Shown: one piece after another, positions 44,760-54,323 of the stretch
Layout of the letters: every line of letters begins with the position of its first letter
Position numbering within the stretch: position 1 is the first letter of the stretch
Source: an uncultured Verrucomicrobiota bacterium
GTDB lineage: Bacteria; Verrucomicrobiota; Verrucomicrobiia; Limisphaerales; UBA9464
Reading direction: 5' to 3'
Length of the DNA: 64,000 nucleotides
Assembly (NCBI GenBank): GCA_903922605.1
Contig: CAIXUG010000069.1
Span: 8,603-72,602 of the forward strand
Program-made: the position numbers and the translations under genes
Notes under the pieces: model-generated
What the model was told of the DNA's origin: nothing
Database searches by the model: none
What the model saw: the letters and a program-made list of their open reading frames with translations, nothing else

Positions 44760-45713
44760 ATGGGCTCTCGCATGAAAGCTTTCCTCCTCACCGCCCTGCT
44801 GGCGGCGCTGACGCTGCGCGCCGCCGACATTCCCACCTACCTCGATGCCGCCTCGGGCGGACCCGATTTCGTCGCGCAAGGCGAATACAAGAACGACTGG
44901 GGCGGCGCGCAGGTGATCGCGCTGGGCGAAGGCAATTTCCGGATGGTCACCTATCCGGGCGGCCTGCCGGGGGCGGGCTGGAAACTGGAGGGCAAGACCG
45001 AGACGCCCGGCAAGCGTGACGGCGACAAGGTGGTCTTCACCGGCGAAAACGGCTACCGGGCCGAGCTGGCGGACGGGAAGATCAGCATCACGACGGCTAC
45101 CGGCGGTCCATACACGATGGAGAAGACAGAGCGCACCAGCCCGACGCTCGGCGCCAAGCCACCGGCGGGCGCGGTGGTGCTCTTTGACGGCACGAGCGCG
45201 GACAACTGGGAGGGCGGCCACATGGATGCGCGGCATCTGCTGACGGCGGGCTGCAAGGGCAAGCAGGCGTTCCACAATTTCTCGGCGCACGTCGAGTTCC
45301 TGCTGCCGTTCAAGCCGCTCGGCCGGGGCCAGGACCGGGCCAACAGCGGCGTGTACGTGCAGGACCGCTATGAGATCCAGGTGCTCGATTCATTCGGGCT
45401 GAAGGGCGAGAACAACGAGTGCGGCGGCATCTACACCCAGGCCAAACCGGCCGTGAACATGTGCTTTCCGCCCCTGACGTGGCAGACCTATGACATCGAT
45501 TTCACGGCCGCGCAGTATGACGCCGCCGGCCATAAGACGGCCAATGCCCGGCTCTCGGTCCGGCATAACGGCGTGCCGATCCACGAGAATCTGGAGCTGA
45601 AGGACCACACGCCGGGCAACGGCCGACCCGAGGACGCCACCGACGGTCCGTTCTTCCTGCAGGGCCATGGCAACCCGGTGTTCTTCCGCAACATCTGGGT
45701 GGTCCCGCACTGA
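44760..45713 (+). CDS. secreted DUF1080 (3-keto-disaccharide hydrolase-like) domain protein
   Basis: Signal peptide 'MGSRMKAFLLTALLAALTLRA'. Motifs include 'NSGVYVQDRYEIQVLDS', 'ECGGIY' and 'GPFFLQGHGNPVFFRNIWV'. Confidence 0.85.
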   Translation: MGSRMKAFLLTALLAALTLRAADIPTYLDAASGGPDFVAQGEYKNDWGGAQVIALGEGNFRMVTYPGGLPGAGWKLEGKTETPGKRDGDKVVFTGENGYRAELADGKISITTATGGPYTMEKTERTSPTLGAKPPAGAVVLFDGTSADNWEGGHMDARHLLTAGCKGKQAFHNFSAHVEFLLPFKPLGRGQDRANSGVYVQDRYEIQVLDSFGLKGENNECGGIYTQAKPAVNMCFPPLTWQTYDIDFTAAQYDAAGHKTANARLSVRHNGVPIHENLELKDHTPGNGRPEDATDGPFFLQGHGNPVFFRNIWVVPH

Positions 45714-45740
45714 GGCCGTCGAAGGTAACCCGACCGACCG

Positions 45741-46892
45741 ATGAAAACATGGCCGTCCCTGTCCCTCCTCGTCATCGGGCTGTCGGTAGCCACGGCGCAG
45801 ACACCTGCGCCCTCCCCTGCCCCCGCAACCGCGCTTCCCCCGGTGGTGTCGCCCGAGGTGCTGCCCGACCACCGGGTGACGTTCCGCGTGCGCGCACCGC
45901 GTGCCACCGAGGTTGGCCTGTGGGGTGACTGGATGCCGTTGCCGCCCTCTCAGTCGCAACCCATGACCCGCGAAGCAGGAGGTGATTGGGCCATCACGCT
46001 GGGACCGCTGGAGCCGGGCACGGCCATCTACACCGTGACCGTGGACGGCGTCACCACGACCGACCCGGTCAATCCCAAGGTGAAACTGCGGGCGCGCACC
46101 TCGGCCAGCCTGGTGACGGTTCCCGGGGATGGCAGCGAACCGTGGGAAGCGCGCGACGTGCCGCACGGTGCGCTGGAGGTCAACTGGGCGCGCTCGGAAA
46201 TGCTGGGGGACACCCGGTCTTACATTGTTTATACGCCGCCCGGCTACGAAGCGCACCGGGGTCAGCGGTATCCCCTGCTCGTCCTCCTCCATGGCAGCAA
46301 TGACACGGCCGCCGGCTGGGCCGACGTGGGCCGGGCCAACTTCATCCTCGACAACCTGCTGGCCGCACACCGGGCCGCCCCCATGATCGTGGTGATGCCG
46401 TGGGGCCACGCCGTGCCGTTTGACGGGCCGCAGATGGACAACGACAGCCGGTTCGAACGCTATCTGCTGAACGAGGTGGTGCCGCAGGTGGAAAGCAAAT
46501 ACCGGGTCAAGACCGGCCGGGAACAGCGGGCCATCGTGGGGCTGTCCATGGGCGGCGGCCAGGCGCTCAAGATCGGCCTGGGCCACCTGGACCGCTTCGG
46601 TGCCGTGGCGGCGTTCAGTTCCGCCATCCCGTCCGATGCCGAAACGCGGTTTCACTCGCTGTTCGAGGCGCCCGATTCCGTGAACCGCAAACTGGCGCTG
46701 CTGTGGATCGGCTGCGGCCGGCAGGACGCGGCTTTTGAACGGGACCGCGCGTTTTCGGAGTTGCTGACGCGGCACGGCATCCGGAACACGTTCTACCCGA
46801 CGGAAGGCCGGCACAATTTCGCGATCTGGCGCCGCTACTTCACCGAAGTGGCCCCCCAGCTCTTCGGCGGTGGCACCGCGAAGAGAAACTGA
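45741..46892 (+). CDS. secreted esterase (alpha/beta hydrolase, putative-esterase family) with an N-terminal E-set/CBM48-like domain
   Basis: It has a signal peptide. 'VTFRVRAPRATEVGLWGDW...WAITLGPLEPGTAIYTVTVDG' is the E-set-like region. The catalytic nucleophile elbow is 'GLSMGGGQAL'. Confidence 0.8.
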   Translation: MKTWPSLSLLVIGLSVATAQTPAPSPAPATALPPVVSPEVLPDHRVTFRVRAPRATEVGLWGDWMPLPPSQSQPMTREAGGDWAITLGPLEPGTAIYTVTVDGVTTTDPVNPKVKLRARTSASLVTVPGDGSEPWEARDVPHGALEVNWARSEMLGDTRSYIVYTPPGYEAHRGQRYPLLVLLHGSNDTAAGWADVGRANFILDNLLAAHRAAPMIVVMPWGHAVPFDGPQMDNDSRFERYLLNEVVPQVESKYRVKTGREQRAIVGLSMGGGQALKIGLGHLDRFGAVAAFSSAIPSDAETRFHSLFEAPDSVNRKLALLWIGCGRQDAAFERDRAFSELLTRHGIRNTFYPTEGRHNFAIWRRYFTEVAPQLFGGGTAKRN

Positions 46893-47041
46893 CCGGCGGA
46901 CACCCGGCACGGAAACGCCGCCCTGATTCCTGCCTCGCAGTTCTCATCCCCTTCGTTCCCCGTTTCTTGGTGGTCCATCCCAGCGGCTCCGCCGTGGCAC
47001 ATGCCGGGCCGGTAACACCGCTCCGAGCGTGACCCCGGCCT

Positions 47042-48409
47042 TCACGGGGGTGAGACCGGGCGGATTTCGCCGGCCTTCCAAGGCAGCCCGCCCCGCCGGA
47101 GCCCGTCTCCCGGGGAAATCTCCCCCGGCGCTCCCACCGCCTCACACTCCGCGATCCGGCGGGCAAGGAAGTCGCGTTCGACGGGGAGCAGCGCGAGCCG
47201 GGCCGCCTGGCGGAAATGCGCCACGGCGGCGGCGGTCTGCCCGAGTTCGGCGGCGAAGGTGCCGCGCGTGGCGTGGTACAGGTGGTTGCCCTCGAGCACG
47301 GAGCGCTGGCGGATGTGGTCGAGAGCGTCCAGGCCGGCTTGGGGGCCGTGCACACGCGCGACGGCGACGGCGCGGTTCAGCGCGGTAACGGGGGAGCCGG
47401 TGAGGGCGAGCAGCCGGTCGTACAGCTCCAGGATACGCGGCCAGTCGGTCGCCGGCGCCTCGGCGGCCAGGCAATGCGTGGCGGCAATGGCGGCTTCGAG
47501 GTGATAGACGCTGACCACGTCGCCTTGTGAGGCGCAGTGCAGGCAGGCAAGGCCGCGCCGGATCAGCGCCGGGTCCCACGCGGTGCGGTCCTGCTCGTCG
47601 AGGCGCAGGAGATTCCCGGCGTCATCGGTGCGGGCGTCGAGGCGGGCGGCGTTGAACAGCAGGAGGGCGAGCAGCGCGTGGGCGCGCGGCTCGCGGTTGG
47701 CGGGATGTTCGGTGACCAGCGTGACGAGCCGGATGGCCTCCTGGCAGAGTTCGCCGCGCACGAGGCGGTCGCCAACCGAGGCCTTGTAGCCCTCGTTGAA
47801 GAGCAGGTAGAGCGTGTGCAGCACGCCCTCGAGCCGCGCAGAAAGTTCGGCGGCGTCGGGCACGGCAAAGGGCAGCGCGAGCTCGCGGATGCGCTGGCGC
47901 GCGCGCACGAGGCGCTTCGCGATCGCTGCCTCGCTGGTGAGAAAGGCGGCTGCGATCTCGGCCGGGCTGAAGCCGCAGAGCGTCCGGAGCGCGAGCGCCG
48001 TCTGCGACTCGGCGGGGAGTTCGGGATGGAAGCAGACGAACATCAGGCGCAGCGTGTCATCGGCGAAGGTCTCGTGCCCGTCCTCTTCCCCGGCGGGCGC
48101 GGCCAGCCACCGCGCGTGTTCGGCGGCGATGCCGTCCGTCTTTTCGTTCCAGCGCTGCTCGCGCTGGAGCGCGTTGAGCGCGAGATTTTTCGCCACCTGG
48201 GTCAGCCACGCGGCCGGGTTTTCCGGCACGCCGCGGTACGACCACGTCTGCAGCGCGCGGAGCAGCGCCTCCTGCACCACGTCCTCGGCGAGCTGCAGGC
48301 GATGCGTCCCGAGATGCGCGGTGAGAGTGGCGACCACTTTCGCCCCTTCATGGCGGAAAAAATGGTCGGCCACCGCACCCGCGCTGTCGCTTTCCCCGGG
48401 CCCGCTCAT
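47042..48409 (-). CDS. ECF sigma factor with a long C-terminal TPR-like extension (ECF42-like)
   Basis: Sigma region 2 is 'VVQEALLRALQTWSYRGVPENPAAWLTQVAKNLALNALQRE'. Region 4 is 'LRTLCGFSPAEIAAAFLTSEAAIAKRLVRARQRI'. A helical extension of about 230 aa follows. A DGPF/YCII gene lies directly upstream. Confidence 0.85.
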   Translation of the reverse strand: MSGPGESDSAGAVADHFFRHEGAKVVATLTAHLGTHRLQLAEDVVQEALLRALQTWSYRGVPENPAAWLTQVAKNLALNALQREQRWNEKTDGIAAEHARWLAAPAGEEDGHETFADDTLRLMFVCFHPELPAESQTALALRTLCGFSPAEIAAAFLTSEAAIAKRLVRARQRIRELALPFAVPDAAELSARLEGVLHTLYLLFNEGYKASVGDRLVRGELCQEAIRLVTLVTEHPANREPRAHALLALLLFNAARLDARTDDAGNLLRLDEQDRTAWDPALIRRGLACLHCASQGDVVSVYHLEAAIAATHCLAAEAPATDWPRILELYDRLLALTGSPVTALNRAVAVARVHGPQAGLDALDHIRQRSVLEGNHLYHATRGTFAAELGQTAAAVAHFRQAARLALLPVERDFLARRIAECEAVGAPGEISPGDGLRRGGLPWKAGEIRPVSPP

Positions 48410-48419
48410 GCGGCGTCAG

Positions 48420-48788
48420 TCAGTCGCAGTCCAGATTGGCGATCTGGCGGACCTCCAGGCGCGCGCCGTGATTGAACGCGGGACTGGTGCGGGCGATGGC
48501 CACGGCCTCGTCCAGCGAGCCGGCGTTCACGATGAAGAAGCCGCCGACGGCCTCCTTGGATTCCGCCGCGATGCCGTCGGAGATGACGCTGCCGTTTTTC
48601 CCGGAGACGACCTTGCCCCCGGCGGTCAGCGGCTGCGCGGCGGTCATGACGCCCTGCTTGGTGAGGCTGTCGATCCAGGTGTGGACCTCGCGCATTTGTA
48701 TCTGCATCTGCTCGGGCGAGAGGCTGCCGGCGTCGCAGGCGGCGCCGCGGACGAGGAACATGTACTGGTTGGTGAGCGTCTTTTTCAT
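48420..48788 (-). CDS. YCII-related / DGPF domain protein
   Basis: ATG at 48788. The translation 'MKKTLTNQYMFLVRG...PEQMQIQMREVHTWIDSL...GGFFIVNAGSLDEAVAIARTSP' fits the family. The stop is 10 nt upstream of the sigma factor start. Confidence 0.8.
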   Translation of the reverse strand: MKKTLTNQYMFLVRGAACDAGSLSPEQMQIQMREVHTWIDSLTKQGVMTAAQPLTAGGKVVSGKNGSVISDGIAAESKEAVGGFFIVNAGSLDEAVAIARTSPAFNHGARLEVRQIANLDCD

Positions 48789-49138
48789 GGCTGGGTCTGG
48801 CGGCGCAGGAGGTGGAACAGGTGTTTGCTTGGCCGGGAGCGTACCACGCGCCGGGCCACGCACAATGCCAGGGTGCCGGCACTGAGCACGGTGAGCGTGC
48901 GCAGGACGAGGTGGGCGGACGCACCGGACAGGCTGACCCCGGTGGCCAGCGCCACGTAGGCGGCGAGACATAGCGGGCACTTCGGCAGGAGCGCGAGCAG
49001 TGTGGCGGGCAGGACCCAGCCGGCCTCTCCCCGGGCGCGGCGCAGCCAGGACCGTTGCGGGGGCGCAGGCGTAGGCGCGTCGCCGCCGTTGTTGGCGGTG
49101 GGCTGTGGCGCGCGTTGATGGCAGCAGGAGTGGTTCAT
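48785..49138 (-). CDS. small membrane protein with a CPxC motif
   Basis: ATG at 49138 overlaps the DUF899 stop (ATGA). Two predicted TM helices are present and 'LLPKCPLCLAAY' carries the motif. There is a 4-bp overlap with the downstream start. Confidence 0.55.
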   Translation of the reverse strand: MNHSCCHQRAPQPTANNGGDAPTPAPPQRSWLRRARGEAGWVLPATLLALLPKCPLCLAAYVALATGVSLSGASAHLVLRTLTVLSAGTLALCVARRVVRSRPSKHLFHLLRRQTQP

Positions 49139-49893
49139 GCTTTGGCCTCCTCGGCGTGGCAGCCGCACTTCGTGGTGCCGGTCCCGTAGCTGTCGTGATG
49201 GCGGACCCAGGCCATCGAGTGTTCGAGGCCGTCCTCGTCGCGGCCTTTCGGCGTCAGGTCGAGGATCCGGTAGGTGCCCATCATCAGCTCGACGCCACGG
49301 CCATAGACCGAATAGGTGTGATAAATGGAGCCGTCAGCCGTCTTGTGAAACACGCTGATGCCCGGCGCCTCGGTGCTGCCGAAGGGCTGCTGCGTGTAAT
49401 TGTAGTCCACCTTGCCGCCCGCCACTTCCTGCTCGGTGAAGGACACGTGGAAGTCGTGGTTGAAGTCGCTGCCGTTGGACGACACCCACTCGAAGTGCCA
49501 GCCCATGCGCCGCTGGAAGGCCTCGATCTCCGCCAGCGGGGCGCGGGACACAGCCAGCATCGTGACATCGCGCGCGGCGAGGTGCGGGAGCATGCCGTCC
49601 GTGTGGTCGGCCATGTAGGAGCAGCTCGGGCAGCCTTCGCCCCAGTCGGGGCCGAGCATGAAATGCTGGATGACGAGCTGGCTCTTGCCGGCGAAGAGGT
49701 CCGCGAGGGGGACGCGGCCGCAGCGGGTGTCGAACCGGTAATCCTTGTCGAGCTTCACCCACGGCAGGGCGCGGCGGCGGGCGCTGACGGCATCCATCTG
49801 CCGGGTGAGGCGTTTTTCTTCGGCGAGCAGGGCGGTGCGGGCGGCGAGCCACTCGGCCGGGCTGACAACGGTATGATTGGTGTTCGTGTTCAT
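49135..49893 (-). CDS. DUF899 thioredoxin-like family protein
   Basis: ATG at 49893. Characteristic stretches are 'SPAEWLAARTALLAEEKRLTRQMDAVSARRRALPWV', 'CPSCSYMADH' and 'VSRAPLAEIEAFQRRMGW.FEWVSS'. Confidence 0.85.
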   Translation of the reverse strand: MNTNTNHTVVSPAEWLAARTALLAEEKRLTRQMDAVSARRRALPWVKLDKDYRFDTRCGRVPLADLFAGKSQLVIQHFMLGPDWGEGCPSCSYMADHTDGMLPHLAARDVTMLAVSRAPLAEIEAFQRRMGWHFEWVSSNGSDFNHDFHVSFTEQEVAGGKVDYNYTQQPFGSTEAPGISVFHKTADGSIYHTYSVYGRGVELMMGTYRILDLTPKGRDEDGLEHSMAWVRHHDSYGTGTTKCGCHAEEAKA

Positions 49894-50143
49894 GTGTTTG
49901 AAGGGGCTGGTTGTGCGTTTTTGTCTTTTTATTTTCGGTTTCAACGGCCTGCCGCAGCAGCCCGTTCAAGGAGACGACAAAGGAACCTCGCTGCGGAGGA
50001 CATCGGGGGACGGAAAAGTTGAGAAAAGTTTTTGGGGGCGAGGAGACAGGAGCGAAGGAAGCGCGGAGCGGGGGCGGCGGGGGGACTCTGTGGTAGGGTA
50101 AGACCCTACAGCTGAGAAAGGCGGCCTGGATTAGGTTCCGGCC

Positions 50144-50455
50144 ATGAAAAACGGGTCGAGACTGACATTCAGCGGGGCCGATATCCGGTCCGCCGGCGAA
50201 CGCGCATGGAACTTCAGTCGGACGCCTGCCGCAAAGCAGCTCGGCCGGTTCAAGGGCCGGTTGGGAATTGTCCTGGTGACCTTCCTAGTCGGATGCGTGG
50301 GCTATGTGGAAGGAGGCTACGGAGGGGGTTACCGCGGTGGCTGGTGGGGCGGCCCCGTCTATGAACCGAGGGTCGATGTGCACGTTTTTAGCGCGCGCGG
50401 GTCCTCAAGCCGGGGGGCGGCACACGGTGACCATGATGGTGGGAGAAGGCATTGA
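50144..50455 (+). CDS. hypothetical small membrane protein with a Gly/Tyr/Trp-rich tail (uncertain)
   Basis: The ORF has one TM helix 'LGIVLVTFLVGCVGYV' followed by 'EGGYGGGYRGGWWGGP'. I recognise no homology. Confidence 0.3.
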   Translation: MKNGSRLTFSGADIRSAGERAWNFSRTPAAKQLGRFKGRLGIVLVTFLVGCVGYVEGGYGGGYRGGWWGGPVYEPRVDVHVFSARGSSSRGAAHGDHDGGRRH

Positions 50456-50499
50456 TCCCCCTGCCGCGAGCGTTAAACCGAATTGAAAGAAACTCATCT

Positions 50500-51504
50500 A
50501 TGAAATCCGTCAAGCTCTGGTCAAGTCTCCCAACACTGTCGGTCATCGTCCTGTTGGCGGTGGTTTCGGGCATCTCCCACGCACCGCTTCAGGCGGCAGA
50601 TCCGGTGGGAGGGCGCACGAAGTCCGTTGCGGGGGAACAAGTGTTCGCGTCACCGGATGAGGCGGTAAGCGCTTTGAAAATGGCTGCGGAAGCCGGTGAC
50701 CGACCGGCCTTGGAGGCCATCTTCGGACCGGGGTTCCAGGACCTCCTGACCGGCGACAAGGTGCAGGACGCAAACAACGCCCATCGGTTCGCCGCCGCCA
50801 TAGCGCAGGGCTGCGAGCGGGTGAAAGAGGGTGAGGACAAGATCGTCCTCGAAGTGGGCGCGAACAACTGGCCGTACCCGATTCCGCTGGTGAAAGCGGA
50901 TGGGCAATGGCACTTCGACACGGCGGCAGGCAAAGAGGAGATCATCAACCGCCATATCGGCAAAGATGAGCTCAACGCCATTGGCGTCTGCCGCGCCTAT
51001 GTGGCCGCGCAGCGACAGTTCTCCGCAGCGACCCCGGGGGTGGATGGAATGGTCCAATATGCGCGGAAATTCAAGAGCACACCGGGCCAGAAGGATGGCC
51101 TCTACTGGCCGGTGACGGGGAACGAGACAGCCAGTCCGTTCGGCCCCCTGGTCGCGGAAGCCCATGCCGAAGGTTACGAGGCGCACAAGGGCGCGGGGCC
51201 GCATCCCTTTCACGGCTATTATTTTCGGATCCTCACGCGGCAGGGCAAGGACGCCCCCGGCGGAAAGCAGGATTACCTGAGTCATGGTCTCATGACGGGG
51301 GGATTCGCGCTGGTCGCGTATCCCGAGAACTGGGACCAGTCGGGGATCATGACCTTCATCGTCAATCAGGATGGCAAGGTGTATCAGCGGAATCTGGGCC
51401 CGAAGTCGACCCGGATTGCGGCCTCATTGAAGGAATACAACCCCGATGGTGATTGGACCCTGGTGCAGGACGAGGGTGTCTCAAGGGCGGCCTCGGAGAG
51501 GTGA
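50500..51504 (+). CDS. secreted DUF2950 family protein
   Basis: ATG at 50500 with a signal peptide. Motifs include 'NNWPYPIPLVKADGQWHFD', 'GKEEIINRHIGKDELNAIGVCRAYVAAQ', 'FHGYYFRILT' and 'GGFALVAYPENWDQSGIMTFIVNQDGKVY'. Confidence 0.85.
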   Translation: MKSVKLWSSLPTLSVIVLLAVVSGISHAPLQAADPVGGRTKSVAGEQVFASPDEAVSALKMAAEAGDRPALEAIFGPGFQDLLTGDKVQDANNAHRFAAAIAQGCERVKEGEDKIVLEVGANNWPYPIPLVKADGQWHFDTAAGKEEIINRHIGKDELNAIGVCRAYVAAQRQFSAATPGVDGMVQYARKFKSTPGQKDGLYWPVTGNETASPFGPLVAEAHAEGYEAHKGAGPHPFHGYYFRILTRQGKDAPGGKQDYLSHGLMTGGFALVAYPENWDQSGIMTFIVNQDGKVYQRNLGPKSTRIAASLKEYNPDGDWTLVQDEGVSRAASER

Positions 51505-51721
51505 GTGCGCGGACCCGCCCCGGCTCATGAACTTCCAAACTCAACAGCAGCAATAAATTGGGCAGCCGATACTGGCGACGGCGGCAACCGGATGAAGGAA
51601 AAGTGAAAGGCCTTGCCAGAACACACGCTTGATCCATCTTACTTTTGTCGAGACGTCCCGTTCCAACCGGCGGGGCGCCTGACACCACAAACACAAACAC
51701 ATCCCATGAAAGGGGCAATCC

Positions 51722-54079
51722 ATGAAATTATCATATACCGGTTGGCTGACTCGTTCAAAAAGTCTGGTTGGGAAGGGCTGGCGCAAGTCCGGCCTGGTTG
51801 GTTGGTTGGCCTGCGGCATCTGGCAGGGTTCCACCCTCGCCCAGAGCGCCTATCAGCAGCATAATCTGGTTTCCGACATTCCGGGGCTCGCCGCAGTGAC
51901 GGACACCAATCTGGTGAATCCCTGGGGGATCGCCACGAGTTCGGGCAGCCCCTTCTGGGTGGCGGACAATCACACGGGCCTGTCCACGCTCTACAACTCG
52001 ACGGGTGCAATTCAGAGCCTCGTCGTCACGATCCCGCCACCCGCCGGAGGCACCAATGCCGCCGCGCCCACGGGCATGATCTTCAATGGCACGGTCGACT
52101 TCGTCGTGACGTCCGGCACTTCCAACGCTCCCGCCAAATTTATCTTCGCGACCGAGGATGGCACCATCTCCGGCTGGGCGAGCGGCGCCACCGCCGTCTT
52201 GAAAGTGGACAATTCTGTCGCGGGGACGGTTTACAAGGGGCTGGCCACTGGCAGCGTCGGGACAAGCAACTACCTCTATGCGACCGACTTCCATGGCGGA
52301 ACGGTAAACGTCTACGACGCGAATTATGCCCCCGCTTACCTCACCGGTTCATTTGTCGATCCGACCATTCCGGCAGGCTTTGCCCCCTTCAACATCCAGA
52401 ATATCGGGGGCAGTCTCTATGTGACTTACGCCAAGCAGGATGCCGACAAACACGACGATGTTGGCGGTCCCGGCAACGGATTTGTCGACGTCTTTGACAC
52501 CGGCGGAAATCTGCTCCGACGCCTGATCTCCAATGGGGCGCTGAACTCGCCCTGGGGCCTGGCCATCGCTCCCGGCGGGTTTGGTCTGTTTGCGGGAGAT
52601 TTGCTGGTGGGAAATTTCGCCGATGGCCGCGTCAACGCCTTCGATCCCGTGTCCGGCGCCTTCCTGGGGACTTTGAAAGACGCCAGTGGCAACGCCATCG
52701 CGAATCCCGGCCTTTGGGGCCTGAAGTTCGGCAATGGCGGCAATGGCGGTGACACCAACACGCTTTACTTTGCCGCCGGAATCGCGGGCGACGGTGCGGT
52801 GGAAGATCACGGCCTGTTCGGCAGCCTGAGTGTGCTGCCGCTGAATTTTCCCGGGGTCATCGAACACGACCTCGTGTCCGACATCACCGGCAGGGCCAGC
52901 GTCATTGACACCAATCTGGTCAATCCCTGGGGCATCGCCACGAGCGCCAGCGGCCCCTTCTGGATTTCCGACAATCATTCCGGACTATCAACAGTCTACA
53001 ATTCGACCGGCGCGGTCCAGTCGCTCGTGGTCACCATCCCGCCGCCCGCCGGAAGCCCGGGTCCGGCCTCGCCGACCGGCATCATCTTCAATGGCACGGT
53101 TGATTTCACCGTCGCCTCAGGAGCCTCCAGCGCGCCCGCCAAATTCATCTTCGCGACCGAGGATGGCACCATCTCCGGCTGGGCCAGCGGCAGTGACGCC
53201 GTGCTCAAGGTGGATAACTCGGTGGCGGGCGCCGTTTACAAAGCCCTGGCCAGCGGCAGCGTGGGCGCCAGCAACTATCTATACGCCGCCAATTTTAATG
53301 CGGGCACCATTGACGTGTTCGATGGGAATTATACCCCCGTCAGCCTCGCAGGATCGTTCGCCGACCCGACGATTCCGGCGGGCTTCGCCCCATTTAACAT
53401 CCAGAACTTCGGGGGCAGCCTTTATGTGACGTACGCCAAGCAGGATGCGGACAAGCACGACGATGTCGGCGGCCCGGGCAATGGCTACGTCGATGTGTTC
53501 GACACCGGCGGAAATCTGCTCCGACGCCTGATCTCCAATGGCACTCTAAACTCGCCCTGGGGCCTTGCCATGGCGCCGGCGGGATTCGGGCCCTGGGGTG
53601 GCGACCTGCTCGTTGGCAACTTCGCCGATGGCGTTATCAACGCCTTCGATCCGCTGACCGGCCTTTATCTGGGCACCGTGAAGGGCGCCGACGGAAATCC
53701 GATTGCGATACCCGGCCTGTGGGGGTTGAAGTTTGGGAATGGCGGGAACGGCGGAAGCACCAACACCCTGTACTTTACCGCCGGCATCGCGGGGGGCGGG
53801 GCGGTTGAAGATCACGGATTGTTCGGCAGCATTGACGTCGTGGCTCCGTTGCAGTTCACGGCTGTTTCGCCGAATGGCGCGACCTTGACGCTGAGTTGGA
53901 CGGGCGGCGCTGCTCCGTACACTGTGCAACGGAAGGTGAATGTCACCGACTCCTTATGGTTGGATGTGGTGGTCACCCCTGACCAGACCGCCAGTGTGCC
54001 TGCGGACAGCGCGACCGGGTTCTTCCGTCTCCAAGATAGCGCTTCGCTGTCAGTAAGTCCGTTCACTACAAAACCGTGA
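51722..54079 (+). CDS. secreted protein with two tandem TIGR03118-type beta-propeller domains and a C-terminal Fn3/Ig-like domain
   Basis: 'NLVSDIPGLAAVTDTNLVNPWGIA..SGSPFWVADNHTGLSTLYN' occurs twice, 335 codons apart. The protein ends '..ATGFFRLQDSASLSVSPFTTKP'. Confidence 0.85.
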   Translation: MKLSYTGWLTRSKSLVGKGWRKSGLVGWLACGIWQGSTLAQSAYQQHNLVSDIPGLAAVTDTNLVNPWGIATSSGSPFWVADNHTGLSTLYNSTGAIQSLVVTIPPPAGGTNAAAPTGMIFNGTVDFVVTSGTSNAPAKFIFATEDGTISGWASGATAVLKVDNSVAGTVYKGLATGSVGTSNYLYATDFHGGTVNVYDANYAPAYLTGSFVDPTIPAGFAPFNIQNIGGSLYVTYAKQDADKHDDVGGPGNGFVDVFDTGGNLLRRLISNGALNSPWGLAIAPGGFGLFAGDLLVGNFADGRVNAFDPVSGAFLGTLKDASGNAIANPGLWGLKFGNGGNGGDTNTLYFAAGIAGDGAVEDHGLFGSLSVLPLNFPGVIEHDLVSDITGRASVIDTNLVNPWGIATSASGPFWISDNHSGLSTVYNSTGAVQSLVVTIPPPAGSPGPASPTGIIFNGTVDFTVASGASSAPAKFIFATEDGTISGWASGSDAVLKVDNSVAGAVYKALASGSVGASNYLYAANFNAGTIDVFDGNYTPVSLAGSFADPTIPAGFAPFNIQNFGGSLYVTYAKQDADKHDDVGGPGNGYVDVFDTGGNLLRRLISNGTLNSPWGLAMAPAGFGPWGGDLLVGNFADGVINAFDPLTGLYLGTVKGADGNPIAIPGLWGLKFGNGGNGGSTNTLYFTAGIAGGGAVEDHGLFGSIDVVAPLQFTAVSPNGATLTLSWTGGAAPYTVQRKVNVTDSLWLDVVVTPDQTASVPADSATGFFRLQDSASLSVSPFTTKP

Positions 54080-54323
54080 GGCTCACGTGTTGAACTGTCA
54101 CTGAACGCCGCCCCGTTGTGCCGGTGGTTTGAATCACCGGGCAACGCGGGCGGCAGGGCAAGGAGGTGCGGGGTCCGTCTGGAAAAGCGCGGACTCTCAC
54201 CAACGCTCCGTTATGGGGGACGAGCGCAGCTCTTGAAGACCCTGGACCCCGCCAACCTACGCGGGGCACCGCATCTAGGTGCGCAACGGCCGGGGCGATG
54301 TGGCCTGCCTGCGCACAGGCTGA

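Noticed and set aside
50093-50110. A perfect 7-bp inverted repeat 'GTAGGGTaagACCCTAC' lies in the divergent intergenic region between DUF899 and the ORF at 50144.
   Set aside because: It is an isolated short hairpin without a U-tract and with no second copy. There is not enough evidence to call it an operator or a terminator.
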